In this document: piece after piece, positions 1 to 8,991 of the stretch
Layout of the letters: the number at the start of each line of letters is the position of its first letter
Position numbering within the stretch: position 1 is the stretch's first letter
Assembly: GCA_964634685.1 (NCBI GenBank)
Contig: CAZWLD010000004.1
Coordinates: 12,430 to 76,429, forward strand
Reading direction: 5' to 3'
Source of the DNA: an uncultured Anaeroplasmatales bacterium
Lineage (GTDB): Bacteria > Bacillota_I > Bacilli_A > Acholeplasmatales > JAEDCM01
Length of the DNA stretch: 64,000 nucleotides
Program-made: the position numbers and the translations under genes
The notes under the pieces: model-generated
The model's database searches: none
Seen by the model: the letters and a program-made list of their open reading frames with translations, nothing else
What the model was told of the DNA's origin: nothing

Positions 1-615
1 AACTATGCTCAGGCTTTAGAAAAAGCAACCCCGGAGGATGAAAAAAAATACATCGACACGATTATTTTTGCGGCTAATCGTTTAACTAATCTAGTTAATA
101 ATATAAAAATATTGAATAAACTGGAAAATGATGGAATAAAGCCAAATTTTGAAGAAATTGAGTTAAATGAGCTATTAAGTGAGGTCATTCTTTCCTATGA
201 ACAAATATGGGAGAATAAAGGTTTAGAACTCAGTTTAGATATTGATGAGATTTCAATGGTTAGTGTTAAGACATACTTAGAGATTGTTTGGTCAAATTTG
301 ATTTCTAATGCGTTGAAGTTCACTGATTCAGGAATGATATCGATATCATTAAAGGAAAAAAATAAAAGAATCATTTTTTCAATCAAGGATACTGGCTGTG
401 GCATTAGTAATGAAGTTGGAAAGCATATTTTTGATAAATTTTACCAAGGTGATACCTCCCATTCCCAAGAGGGCAATGGGTTAGGATTGTCAATGGTAAA
501 AAAAATAATTGATTTGCTTGGCGGCGAGATTACTGTTTCAAGTGCTTTGGGCAAAGGAAGTACCTTTACGGTTATATTAGAAAAAAAGGAGGAAAATGAT
601 GAAGGAAGATTTTAA
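1..615 (+). CDS. sensor histidine kinase, C-terminal part (5' end lies outside the window)
   Basis: Frame 1 is open from nt 1 (NYAQALEKAT...), so the ORF-track start at 112 is internal. HATPase_c motifs are present: N-box NLISNALKFT, G1 DTGCGI, G2 GNGLGLS. Confidence 0.9.
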   Translation, partial: NYAQALEKATPEDEKKYIDTIIFAANRLTNLVNNIKILNKLENDGIKPNFEEIELNELLSEVILSYEQIWENKGLELSLDIDEISMVSVKTYLEIVWSNLISNALKFTDSGMISISLKEKNKRIIFSIKDTGCGISNEVGKHIFDKFYQGDTSHSQEGNGLGLSMVKKIIDLLGGEITVSSALGKGSTFTVILEKKEENDEGRF

Positions 616-967
616 CTATTCATATAAGGCTTTGAATAAAAAAGAAAAGGATGAGGTAATTGAGATTAGGAATAAATATGTAATAGATGATGATGTGGAT
701 AAATTAAAAAAGCTTAATCGCAAGGTTGAGGCGATACCTCAGGTAATTGGCATTTCAACAGGAGTAATCGGAACACTAGTTTTAGGAACAGGGATGTCTT
801 TAGTTTTAGAAATGAATGTTTTTGTTTGGGGAATTATTTTGGGAGTTATTGGTTTATTAATGGTTGCGGCTGCTTTTCCTTTGTATAATCATTTTTACAC
901 TAAAAATAAAAATAGATATAAAGATGAAATTATCGCTCTTGCGAATAAGATTTTAAGTAAGGAATAA
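596..967 (+). CDS. small 2-TM membrane protein (uncharacterised family)
   Basis: The ATG follows GGAGGA located inside the kinase 3' end. The protein has a charged N-terminus, two adjacent hydrophobic helices and a basic tail. It is a paralog of the next gene. Confidence 0.6.
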   Translation: MMKEDFNYSYKALNKKEKDEVIEIRNKYVIDDDVDKLKKLNRKVEAIPQVIGISTGVIGTLVLGTGMSLVLEMNVFVWGIILGVIGLLMVAAAFPLYNHFYTKNKNRYKDEIIALANKILSKE

Positions 968-1060
968 ATTTTTTCTTCTTTTACAAAACATTAACAAATG
1001 ATTAATGATTTAGTAATAATCATCACGTAAAATATGGTTGTAATAAAGGAGAAGATAAAA

Positions 1061-1399
1061 ATGGATGAAATTAAAGAAATTGAAAGAATTCGCAATAGTT
1101 ATGTTGAAAAAGAGGAAACGAATGTTGATCGTTTAAAAAAATTAGATAATAAGGTCAAAAATTTTCCAATGATTTTTTGCTTGGCATTTGGTGTTGTTTC
1201 TTCATTAATAATGGGAGCAGGCATGAGTATTCTTTTGGGATCACTAGAATTAAGTGTAATCTTAGGCTATACTCTAGGAATTTTAGGCCTAGCCTTAATG
1301 ATTATTAATCCTTTTATTTATAGAGCAATTTTACAATCTCGTAAGAATAAATATGGGCAAGAAATAATTCTATTATCTGATGAAATTTTAAATGATTAG
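1061..1399 (+). CDS. small 2-TM membrane protein, paralog of 596..967
   Basis: Same architecture and shared motifs (IRNxYV, D+LKKL+xKV, G.GMS..L). I prefer ATG 1061, preceded by AAGGAG, over the ORF-track start at 1034, which has no RBS. Confidence 0.6.
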   Translation: MDEIKEIERIRNSYVEKEETNVDRLKKLDNKVKNFPMIFCLAFGVVSSLIMGAGMSILLGSLELSVILGYTLGILGLALMIINPFIYRAILQSRKNKYGQEIILLSDEILND

Positions 1400-1442
1400 T
1401 CCTTAGGTCAAATCTAAGGATTTTTTCTTTAGGAGAGGGAAT

Positions 1443-2435
1443 ATGATAAAGATTATAAATGATTATTTTAACAAAAGCTTTGAGGAAAAAATTGTTTTCA
1501 CAACCTTTATATCGATAATTTTTAATTTAGTAATGGCATTAGCCAAGGTTTTGTTAGCTTTATTTTCTAGAACATATATTTTCTTGGTTTGTGGCGCTAT
1601 TAATTTGTGTTTAGGTATTTCTAAGGCCGAATGCTATGACGGGATAAAGAAGAATGCCCGGGGAATTGATTTTAATCGAAAAAACAATATCATAAGTGCT
1701 TTATTTATCACATCGGGAGTCTTGTATTCCTATTATATGCTTAGGTTTTTATTGTTTAATCCGAAAACCTTTGATTATACTGAGATTCTAGGAATCACGA
1801 TTGCTCTTGTTTCTTTTATCGAGATTGGTATGGCAATTTATGGAATTTTGAAAATTCATAAAAGCAGTCATTTCTATCGAAATATCAAAATCATCAATTT
1901 AGCTACTGCTAGTTGCGCTATCGTAATGACACAAATAGCGATTTTATCATTTACTAAATATGAAAATTCGTATCTTTATAATGGTATTACAGGATTAATT
2001 GTTGGTGTATTTATGATTATTTTAGGAATATTCATTATTATTTTACCGAAAGTAAGTATGATAGATTGTATTGAAAACAATTATCAAGCCCCAATTAATT
2101 TTCAAGAAAAAAATCCGGATATTGTAAAGAATGGAAAGGTTAAAATCATTTTTTCAAAAAGTCTAATTTATGGTGATTATTATTATCTTGGATATCTTAA
2201 TCAAAATATAATTACTGGCAAGCTTATTCATGAAAGAAAAGGCTTTAAATGTTTTAATATTTATGTTAAAATCATTGTATGTATTTTATCAGAAATATTA
2301 ATTTTTGTGTGGCTTATTGGACGTTTAATCAGCTTCACTAAAAATAGCTGTTTGCCCGAAAGACTCAATCGAATTATGTTAGATTTAGGATGTATACGAA
2401 TAGAATTACCAAGAGGAGGCAATAATAATGTTTGA
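1443..2435 (+). CDS. multi-pass membrane protein, unknown function
   Basis: 330-aa ORF with an RBS (AGGAGAGGG) and several hydrophobic segments. I recognise no motif. Confidence 0.55.
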   Translation: MIKIINDYFNKSFEEKIVFTTFISIIFNLVMALAKVLLALFSRTYIFLVCGAINLCLGISKAECYDGIKKNARGIDFNRKNNIISALFITSGVLYSYYMLRFLLFNPKTFDYTEILGITIALVSFIEIGMAIYGILKIHKSSHFYRNIKIINLATASCAIVMTQIAILSFTKYENSYLYNGITGLIVGVFMIILGIFIIILPKVSMIDCIENNYQAPINFQEKNPDIVKNGKVKIIFSKSLIYGDYYYLGYLNQNIITGKLIHERKGFKCFNIYVKIIVCILSEILIFVWLIGRLISFTKNSCLPERLNRIMLDLGCIRIELPRGGNNNV

Positions 2436-3453
2436 AGTGATTAGTGTGAATTTTTATGAAAATATTAAGAAATTAATTAATGAATCTAGAGAACATATTG
2501 TTACTTATGTGAATACAACTATGTTATTTACTTATTGGAATATTGGAAAAATGATTGTTGAAGAACAAGGTGGTGATAGTAAGGCAAAATATGGAAATAA
2601 ATTAATTGCTGAACTATCAAAGCAGATGACTTTCGATTTCGGAAAAGGGTTTGATGAAAGAAATCTTCGATATATGCGTCAGTTTTATTTATCATTTCCA
2701 ATTTGGAACACAGTGTGTTCCGAATTAAGTTGGTCTCATTATCGTACACTTATCAAAATTGAAGAACAAAAAATAAGAAACTTTTATATGGAGGAAGCAA
2801 TTAAAGGTAACTGGAGTGTAAGACAACTTGAAAGACAAATTGCTACATGCACATATAGCAGAGTAATTGCAAATAATACTAAAGTACAAAAGATTGATAA
2901 TGTTGATGAGTCTACATCGTTAATAAAATATGAACCTAATACAGTTATCAAAGATCCATATATGTTAGAATTTTTAGGATTAGATAATAATGTAAATTAT
3001 TTAGAAAAAGAATTAGAAGATGCATTGATTAATCATTTGCAAAAATTTTTGCTAGAACTTGGTCGAGGTTTCTGTTTTGTTGCAAGGCAAAAAAGGATTA
3101 CTTTTGACAATGAACATTATTTTATTGATTTGGTATTTTATAATGCTATATTAAAATGTTATGTAGTTATAGATTTAAAAACAGACAAGCTATCTCATGA
3201 AGCGTTAGGACAAATTGATTTATATAGAAATTATTATGACCAAGAAGTAAAAATGGCTGATGATAATCCAACAATTGGATTATTACTTGTTACTGAACAA
3301 GATACATTAGTGGCTAAGTATTCAAGTATATACAAAGACCAAAATATATTTGTTTCCAAATATATGACATATATGCCGACGGAAGAAGAATTGAAAAGGG
3401 TTATTAATGAAGAAAAAAGATTAATCGAGGAATATAAAATTTCTAGTAAATAA
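2428..3453 (+). CDS. PDDEXK nuclease-domain protein, YhcG/DUF1016-like
   Basis: DUF1016-style N-terminal region, followed by a C-terminal PD-(D/E)xK-like core (IDLVFYN ... VVIDLKTDKL). Confidence 0.75.
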   Translation: MFEVISVNFYENIKKLINESREHIVTYVNTTMLFTYWNIGKMIVEEQGGDSKAKYGNKLIAELSKQMTFDFGKGFDERNLRYMRQFYLSFPIWNTVCSELSWSHYRTLIKIEEQKIRNFYMEEAIKGNWSVRQLERQIATCTYSRVIANNTKVQKIDNVDESTSLIKYEPNTVIKDPYMLEFLGLDNNVNYLEKELEDALINHLQKFLLELGRGFCFVARQKRITFDNEHYFIDLVFYNAILKCYVVIDLKTDKLSHEALGQIDLYRNYYDQEVKMADDNPTIGLLLVTEQDTLVAKYSSIYKDQNIFVSKYMTYMPTEEELKRVINEEKRLIEEYKISSK

Positions 3454-3654
3454 TTATTGGGGGATCCAATGGGACATTTCTTTATTCTAAGAGCAATACT
3501 CATTGGAGAGATTCTAGGATAAATCATAGGTCCGATATGTAATTTTGAGTTACAACTTATGTCAATTATAAAGATGATGGTTAAGAATTTAATGGCATTA
3601 TAAAAGTGTATGATTATCTTGGTTCAACTGTTTTTAAATGAGTAGGTATTATTT

Positions 3655-4116
3655 ATGAAAATTGAAATATTAAAAAGAGAAGAATTTGATAAATGGCTAG
3701 AGCAATCAATTCTTGAATATCAAAGGGAATTGACTTTACAAAATAAAATTGATTCGAAAATCGATTTTAGTATTGAGTTTGCGAAAAAGGATTTTTGTGA
3801 ATCCTTAATAGACGGCTATGATACTAAGAATTCACATATCCTTAAAGCAACTGAAAATGGCGAAATTAAAGGATATCTATGGTATTTTGTCCGAGAAAAT
3901 GATGTATTTTTTATATCCACCTTATTTGTTTTTCCGCAATTTAGAAATCAAGGAATAGCGAGTAAGATGTTAAACAGTCTTAAATGTAAAACAATAATGC
4001 TTCATGTTTTTGAATCAAACAAAAGGGCTATTGAATTTTATCAAAGGCGAGGCTTTGAAAGAATTAATATGGAAGCTGAAAAAGGCTCAATTTATATGGT
4101 CAAGCATATAAATTAA
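3655..4116 (+). CDS. GNAT family N-acetyltransferase
   Basis: Acetyl-CoA loop QFRNQGIASKML and a C-terminal AIEFYQRRGF motif. Confidence 0.75.
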   Translation: MKIEILKREEFDKWLEQSILEYQRELTLQNKIDSKIDFSIEFAKKDFCESLIDGYDTKNSHILKATENGEIKGYLWYFVRENDVFFISTLFVFPQFRNQGIASKMLNSLKCKTIMLHVFESNKRAIEFYQRRGFERINMEAEKGSIYMVKHIN

Positions 4117-4139
4117 CCTTTTTTTATTTATTATTTAAA

Positions 4140-4165
4140 ACATTTTGTTCAAAATGTGGTAGAAT
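4140..4165 (+). promoter_or_regulatory. 7-4-7 palindrome (ACATTTT-GTTC-AAAATGT) abutting an extended -10 (TGgTAGAAT); candidate operator and promoter of the GTPase pair
   Basis: The inverted repeat was read directly at 4140..4157. TGGTAGAAT lies at 4157..4165, about 30 nt upstream of the start at 4197. Confidence 0.35.
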
Positions 4166-4196
4166 ATATAGTGGTAGAAAAAGGAGTTGACTAATA

Positions 4197-5501
4197 ATGA
4201 TTAAGGTTGACGTAATTTCTGGCTTTTTAGGAGCTGGAAAAACAACATTAATTAAAAAATTATTTGAATCATCTTTAAAGGATGAAAAGGTAGTATTAAT
4301 TGAAAATGAATTTGGTGAAATTGGAATTGATGGTTCCTTTTTAAAGGATGCAGGAATTGACATTAAGGAAATTAATTCTGGTTGTATTTGTTGTTCTTTG
4401 GTCGGAGATTTTGCAGCTTCAATTAAAGAGGTTATTGCAAAATTTAATCCTGACCGCATTATTATTGAGCCATCTGGTGTCGGAAAGCTATCTGATATTG
4501 TTAATGCCATTGAAAATGTCGATGCCAATTTAGCATTGAATATTCTTGCGACGGTTGTGGATGGAACAAAAGCCAAGATTTATATGAAGAATTTTGGTGA
4601 GTTTTTCAACAATCAGGTTGAAACAGCTAATACCATTATTGTAAGTAAGACTGATAAAATGCAAGAGGATAAAATATTAACTGTTGTCGATCAGCTTAAG
4701 GAAAAGAATGAGCATGCCTTAATTATCACAACTGCAATTAATCTTTTAGATAGTAATAAGCTTTTAGAAACATTAGAAAAATCAGTTTCTTTACGTCAAG
4801 AGCTCTATGAGCAAATGATGGAAGAGCATCATCATCATGATGATGACGAATGTTGTTGTGACCATCATCATCACGACGATGATGAAGAATGTTGTTGTGG
4901 ACACCATCATGATCACGAGCATCATCACCATGACGATGAAGATGAATGTTGTTGTGGACACCATCATGATCACGATGAGGACGAAAATGAGTGCTGTTGC
5001 GGACATCATCATCACGACGATGATGAAGAATGCTGTTGTGGACACCATCATGATCACGAGCATCATCACGACGATGAAGAAGAATGTTGTTGTGGGCATC
5101 ATCATCACGATGAACACCACCATGATGACGAATGTTGTTGCGGACACCATCATCACGACGACGATGATGACGAATGCTGTTGTGGCCATCATCATGATCA
5201 CGAGCATCATCACCATGCTGATGAGGTATTTGTTAGTTGGGGCAAGGAAACACCACTTAGCTTTACGCGCGAACAATTAGAAAAATTCTTAAATGAATTG
5301 GCTAACAATGAGGAAGTTGGTATGGTTCTTCGTTCAAAGGGAATTCTTAAGGCTTCTGACAATGATTCTTGGTATTATTTTGATTTCGTTGCTGGTGATT
5401 ATGATATTCGCTTAGGCGAACCTGATGTTACAGGTCGAGTTTGTGTTATTGGCTCTAAATTAGATATAAAGAGAATTGAACATTTGTTTAGTGAAAGGTA
5501 A
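4197..5501 (+). CDS. COG0523 (CobW/YjiA/ZigA-type) G3E GTPase metallochaperone with a giant His/Asp/Cys-rich insert
   Basis: Walker A GFLGAGKTT, the family-defining CxCC motif (GCICCS), an SKTD specificity motif and a CobW_C-like tail. A 130-aa HHHH-DDD-E-CCC-G array sits between the domains. Confidence 0.9.
   Translation: MIKVDVISGFLGAGKTTLIKKLFESSLKDEKVVLIENEFGEIGIDGSFLKDAGIDIKEINSGCICCSLVGDFAASIKEVIAKFNPDRIIIEPSGVGKLSDIVNAIENVDANLALNILATVVDGTKAKIYMKNFGEFFNNQVETANTIIVSKTDKMQEDKILTVVDQLKEKNEHALIITTAINLLDSNKLLETLEKSVSLRQELYEQMMEEHHHHDDDECCCDHHHHDDDEECCCGHHHDHEHHHHDDEDECCCGHHHDHDEDENECCCGHHHHDDDEECCCGHHHDHEHHHDDEEECCCGHHHHDEHHHDDECCCGHHHHDDDDDECCCGHHHDHEHHHHADEVFVSWGKETPLSFTREQLEKFLNELANNEEVGMVLRSKGILKASDNDSWYYFDFVAGDYDIRLGEPDVTGRVCVIGSKLDIKRIEHLFSER
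4827..5216 (+). repeat. coding tandem array with eight CCC triplets embedded in His/Asp/Glu runs
   Basis: Eight TG(T/C)TG(T/C)TG(T/C) triplets, each flanked by CAT/CAC and GAT/GAC/GAA runs. The unit length is variable, roughly 39-48 nt. Confidence 0.9.
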
Positions 5502-5506
5502 TCGAA

Positions 5507-6442
5507 ATGAGAGATATTCCCGTATTTATTATTAATGGCTTTCTTGATTCTGGAAAAACCTCATTTATTATCGAAACCATTGCTCAAGATGAATTCTACA
5601 AAAAAGGGCGTACTCTAATTATAATGTGCGAGGATGGAGAGATTGAATATGATCCTGAATTCTTGCAAAATTACAATGTTGAACTATTGAAATTTGAAAA
5701 TCAATTAGAATATTCAATGCGTAAGGTTAATGATGTAATTAGAAAAAATGATATTCGTCGGGTAATTGTGGAAATGAACGATATGTGGGATTTTGATGCC
5801 ATTGATTTTCCATCCTATTGCCAGGTTATGCAGGAAGCTTTATTCATAAATTTTGAAACCTTTGGTATTTACTTCAATAACATGCGTCAAAAATTCGTGG
5901 AGCTAATTAAGCAAGCTGATTTGGTTGTCTTTAATCGTTGTGATGATATTGATGAATTACGAAAATACCAAACTAACATTAAAATGATTAATAATCAAGC
6001 TCGATATGTTGCGATGAACACTAGCGGTCAAATCCAAGAAGCATTTTTACGCGAGCTTCCATATGATATCAATGCCGATATCATTGAAATCCAAGATGAT
6101 GATTATGGTATTTGGTATATGGATACCTTTGATAATAAAGAGAATTATGTAAACAAGGTAGTTTGCTTTAATTGTCTAGTCGTATTATCAGATCAATTAC
6201 CAAAGGGAACCTTTATTGCTGGAAGATTAGCTATGACTTGCTGTGCCGATGATGTTCAGCTATTCGGACATCTTTGCAATGATATGCTTAATCTAAATTT
6301 GAAGGATCGCGAGTGGATAAAATTAACCGCAACCATTACCTATGAATATTCCGAAGAATATGAAGAGGAAGAGGCTATCCTAACACCTTTAAAAATTGAA
6401 AGAATAAAAGAAATCAAAACACCAATATTAAATTTTAGCTAA
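5507..6442 (+). CDS. P-loop GTPase-like protein lacking CxCC, fused to a DUF1980/YcgQ-type C-terminal domain (TCCxDD motif)
   Basis: P-loop NGFLDSGKTS and an NRCD motif in place of NKxD, with no CxCC. The C-terminal segment FIAGRLAMTCCADDVQLFG ... REWIKLTATI matches the DUF1980 (TIGR03943) C-terminal pattern as I remember it. Confidence 0.65.
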   Translation: MRDIPVFIINGFLDSGKTSFIIETIAQDEFYKKGRTLIIMCEDGEIEYDPEFLQNYNVELLKFENQLEYSMRKVNDVIRKNDIRRVIVEMNDMWDFDAIDFPSYCQVMQEALFINFETFGIYFNNMRQKFVELIKQADLVVFNRCDDIDELRKYQTNIKMINNQARYVAMNTSGQIQEAFLRELPYDINADIIEIQDDDYGIWYMDTFDNKENYVNKVVCFNCLVVLSDQLPKGTFIAGRLAMTCCADDVQLFGHLCNDMLNLNLKDREWIKLTATITYEYSEEYEEEEAILTPLKIERIKEIKTPILNFS

Positions 6443-6533
6443 ATAAATTGAAATACGTTTTCCGAATAAAAATTCCGGTTTATGTATTTCTTTTTTTCTA
6501 TTTGTGCTAAAATAAAGAAAGGGAGATGGTCAT

Positions 6534-7193
6534 ATGGATTTTTTATCAATTGATGGTCAATATGGCCATTATAAATTGATTTTAAAGGAAATTGAAGTCA
6601 AAAATATTGCTTATATCATAATTGATTCATATTCGGATTTAAAGCTTGTCCTCAAGGAGGCTAAAGCTGTGTTAAATAATTATCATCCGAAGAATATTTA
6701 TTTTCGGGTAAAAGAACCAATTAATGATTATTCTTTGCATTGTACAATTGATTGCTACTTGATGAAGCATCAGCGTTTTAAGATTAATAAGGATATGAAA
6801 TTTAAACCCCTTGATTTGGAAAATCGCTATGATTATCCTACTATGTGCAATAAAGCGATGGAAAAAATTGATTGTAGTGCAACCTTAACAGATGGTGATG
6901 TCTTTCAAATGATGAAGGATCAAACCAACAATATGGGATATATTCAGTATAAAAAGCAATTCGTGGCCGGATATAATATTTGTGGTAACACCCTTGATAC
7001 CTTCTTTGTCGATAAGGCTCATCAAAATCAAGGAATTGGTAAAATGGCTTTAGAGAAAATTATTAATAAAATCGATGATGATGTTTATCTAAATGTTGCT
7101 TCGACAAATAGTATTGCAATTAATTTATACCAAAGATATGGATTTACTTATGATCACACCGTTAGTTACTTTTATAAATTGGAGGAAAAATAA
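6534..7193 (+). CDS. GNAT family N-acetyltransferase
   Basis: C-terminal HQNQGIGKMALEKII and AINLYQRYGF motifs. RBS AGGGAGA. Confidence 0.7.
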   Translation: MDFLSIDGQYGHYKLILKEIEVKNIAYIIIDSYSDLKLVLKEAKAVLNNYHPKNIYFRVKEPINDYSLHCTIDCYLMKHQRFKINKDMKFKPLDLENRYDYPTMCNKAMEKIDCSATLTDGDVFQMMKDQTNNMGYIQYKKQFVAGYNICGNTLDTFFVDKAHQNQGIGKMALEKIINKIDDDVYLNVASTNSIAINLYQRYGFTYDHTVSYFYKLEEK

Positions 7194-8201
7194 ATGCGTA
7201 ATTTAATTTTAAAGGAAAATTATACATCTAAGCTTAGCTTACTAGAAACCGAAATCGCCATCAAATACGTTAAGGATACCTTCGAACAAACCTTAGCCAA
7301 TGCCCTTGATTTAACAAGAGTCTCTGCACCCTTATTTGTCGCTCCAAAAACGGGATTGAATGATAATTTAAATGGCTATGAGCGAGCTGTTCGCTTTGAT
7401 ATTTTAGATTTAAAGCAGGATGTTGAAATCGTCCAATCGCTTGCAAAATGGAAAAGAAATGCCCTTAAAAAATATAACTTTGAAAGTGAAAAGGGCTTGT
7501 ATACCGATATGAATGCGGTAAGACGCGATGAGGAGCTTGATACCTTTCATAGTGTTTATGTTGACCAATGGGATTGGGAGAGAATTATTAAGCCCAATGA
7601 AAGAACATATGAATATTTACAATCTGTTGTTAGAAAAATATATGCATGTTTATTAAAAACAGAAGAAAATGTTAATCAAAAATTTAAGGTTTTATCAAAA
7701 AAACTACCGGAAGATATTTTCTTTATTTCAACGCAAGAGCTTTTAGATACGTATCCAGGATTAAATTCTAAGGAAAGAGAAAATGCCATTTGTAAAGATA
7801 AAAAAGCTGTTTTCCTTTATCAAATTGGCTGGCCATTAACGAATGGAATGCCACATGATGGAAGAGCAGCTGATTATGATGATTGGAATTTAAATGGTGA
7901 CATTTTAGTTTGGTATGATGAGCTAAGTGTAGCTTTAGAGCTATCAAGTATGGGAATAAGGGTGGATAAGGATTCAATACTAGCGCAAACCAAGCACAAG
8001 CAAGAGGAAGAAAAACTTTATTCACCATATGCTAAAAATATCATTAATAATGAGCTTCCACTTACAATTGGTGGTGGAATTGGCCAATCCCGTTTATGCA
8101 TGTTCTTTTTAGAAAAAGCCCATATTGGCGAGGTTCAATCATCAATTTGGAGTGATGATGATATCAAGCTTTTAGAGGAACACAATATTCATTTGCTATA
8201 G
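7194..8201 (+). CDS. asnA: aspartate--ammonia ligase (asparagine synthetase A)
   Basis: Collinear with AsnA along its full length, including SLAKWKR, HSVYVDQWDWE, ELSSMGIRVD and GGGIGQSRLCMF. Confidence 0.93.
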   Translation: MRNLILKENYTSKLSLLETEIAIKYVKDTFEQTLANALDLTRVSAPLFVAPKTGLNDNLNGYERAVRFDILDLKQDVEIVQSLAKWKRNALKKYNFESEKGLYTDMNAVRRDEELDTFHSVYVDQWDWERIIKPNERTYEYLQSVVRKIYACLLKTEENVNQKFKVLSKKLPEDIFFISTQELLDTYPGLNSKERENAICKDKKAVFLYQIGWPLTNGMPHDGRAADYDDWNLNGDILVWYDELSVALELSSMGIRVDKDSILAQTKHKQEEEKLYSPYAKNIINNELPLTIGGGIGQSRLCMFFLEKAHIGEVQSSIWSDDDIKLLEEHNIHLL

Positions 8202-8852
8202 CTCAGAAATGCTTTTAAAAACATAGGTCTTTTTTAAATCAGTTAGGATTTTATCTAAGGCCAAGGCATTGGAGTCGAGCATTGTATGCATAAGAATAAT
8301 GGAACCATTTTGGACATGGGGAACAATTGAATTATAGGCATAAGAAACACCATAATCCTTTGTTCGGTCATAATCAACATAATTGACATCCCAAAGAAAG
8401 ATTTTATATCCCCGATAGGAGAGAATTCTTTCTTTTTTTTCATCGATAAAGCCCATCGGTGGTCGGAAATACAAAGGCATTTCTTGATTTGTGATTTCCT
8501 TGTATCTTGCACGATAGAGATTTAATTCCCGGACAAATTGATCATTAGAAAGTAAAGTTATATCGCGATGAGTCCAAGTATGACAAGCCACAATATGTCC
8601 CTCATCAATCATTCTTTTGATTAAAGTTGGATGATTGTCGAGAAATCCGCCCTCCAAGAAAAAAGCCGCTTGGATGTTATGTTTTTTTAGGGTATCTAAA
8701 ATAAGACAAGTATTTTTATAGCTATAGCCATCATCAAAGGTCAAATATATTTCGTTTTTTTCGCGAGAACCATGATAGATTTTATTAGGCTTAGCATTCA
8801 TTAATCCTGTAAGTGATAGAATACTAATTACGATATTTAAAAATTTTATCAT
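8196..8852 (-). CDS. secreted polysaccharide deacetylase (NodB homology domain)
   Basis: N-terminal signal sequence. NodB motifs LTFDDGY and HTWTH are present. Confidence 0.85.
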   Translation of the reverse strand: MIKFLNIVISILSLTGLMNAKPNKIYHGSREKNEIYLTFDDGYSYKNTCLILDTLKKHNIQAAFFLEGGFLDNHPTLIKRMIDEGHIVACHTWTHRDITLLSNDQFVRELNLYRARYKEITNQEMPLYFRPPMGFIDEKKERILSYRGYKIFLWDVNYVDYDRTKDYGVSYAYNSIVPHVQNGSIILMHTMLDSNALALDKILTDLKKTYVFKSISEL

Positions 8853-8991
8853 TATTTATACCTCCAAATTTAGTTTTTTCAAAAAGATAAAAAACATAAT
8901 TTGAAAAATATGTCTCGTAATTTGAAAAAAATGACTTTAATTTTTAAAAAATAAAGTATATAATAAATACAAACTCAGGGAGGATTATTAT

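Noticed and set aside
4791-5280. ORFs 4791..5276 (-) and 4837..5280 (+), encoding M/V/T/I-rich peptides.
   Set aside because: These are frame-shifted or antisense shadows of the CAT/GAT/TGT repeat array inside the COG0523 gene. They have no RBS, and the sense frame has clear family motifs on both sides.
8196-8201. Convergent asnA and deacetylase genes overlap by 6 nt, with both stop codons inside the palindrome CTATAG.
   Set aside because: The overlap is real but trivial. I could argue no functional implication beyond the absence of an intergenic terminator.
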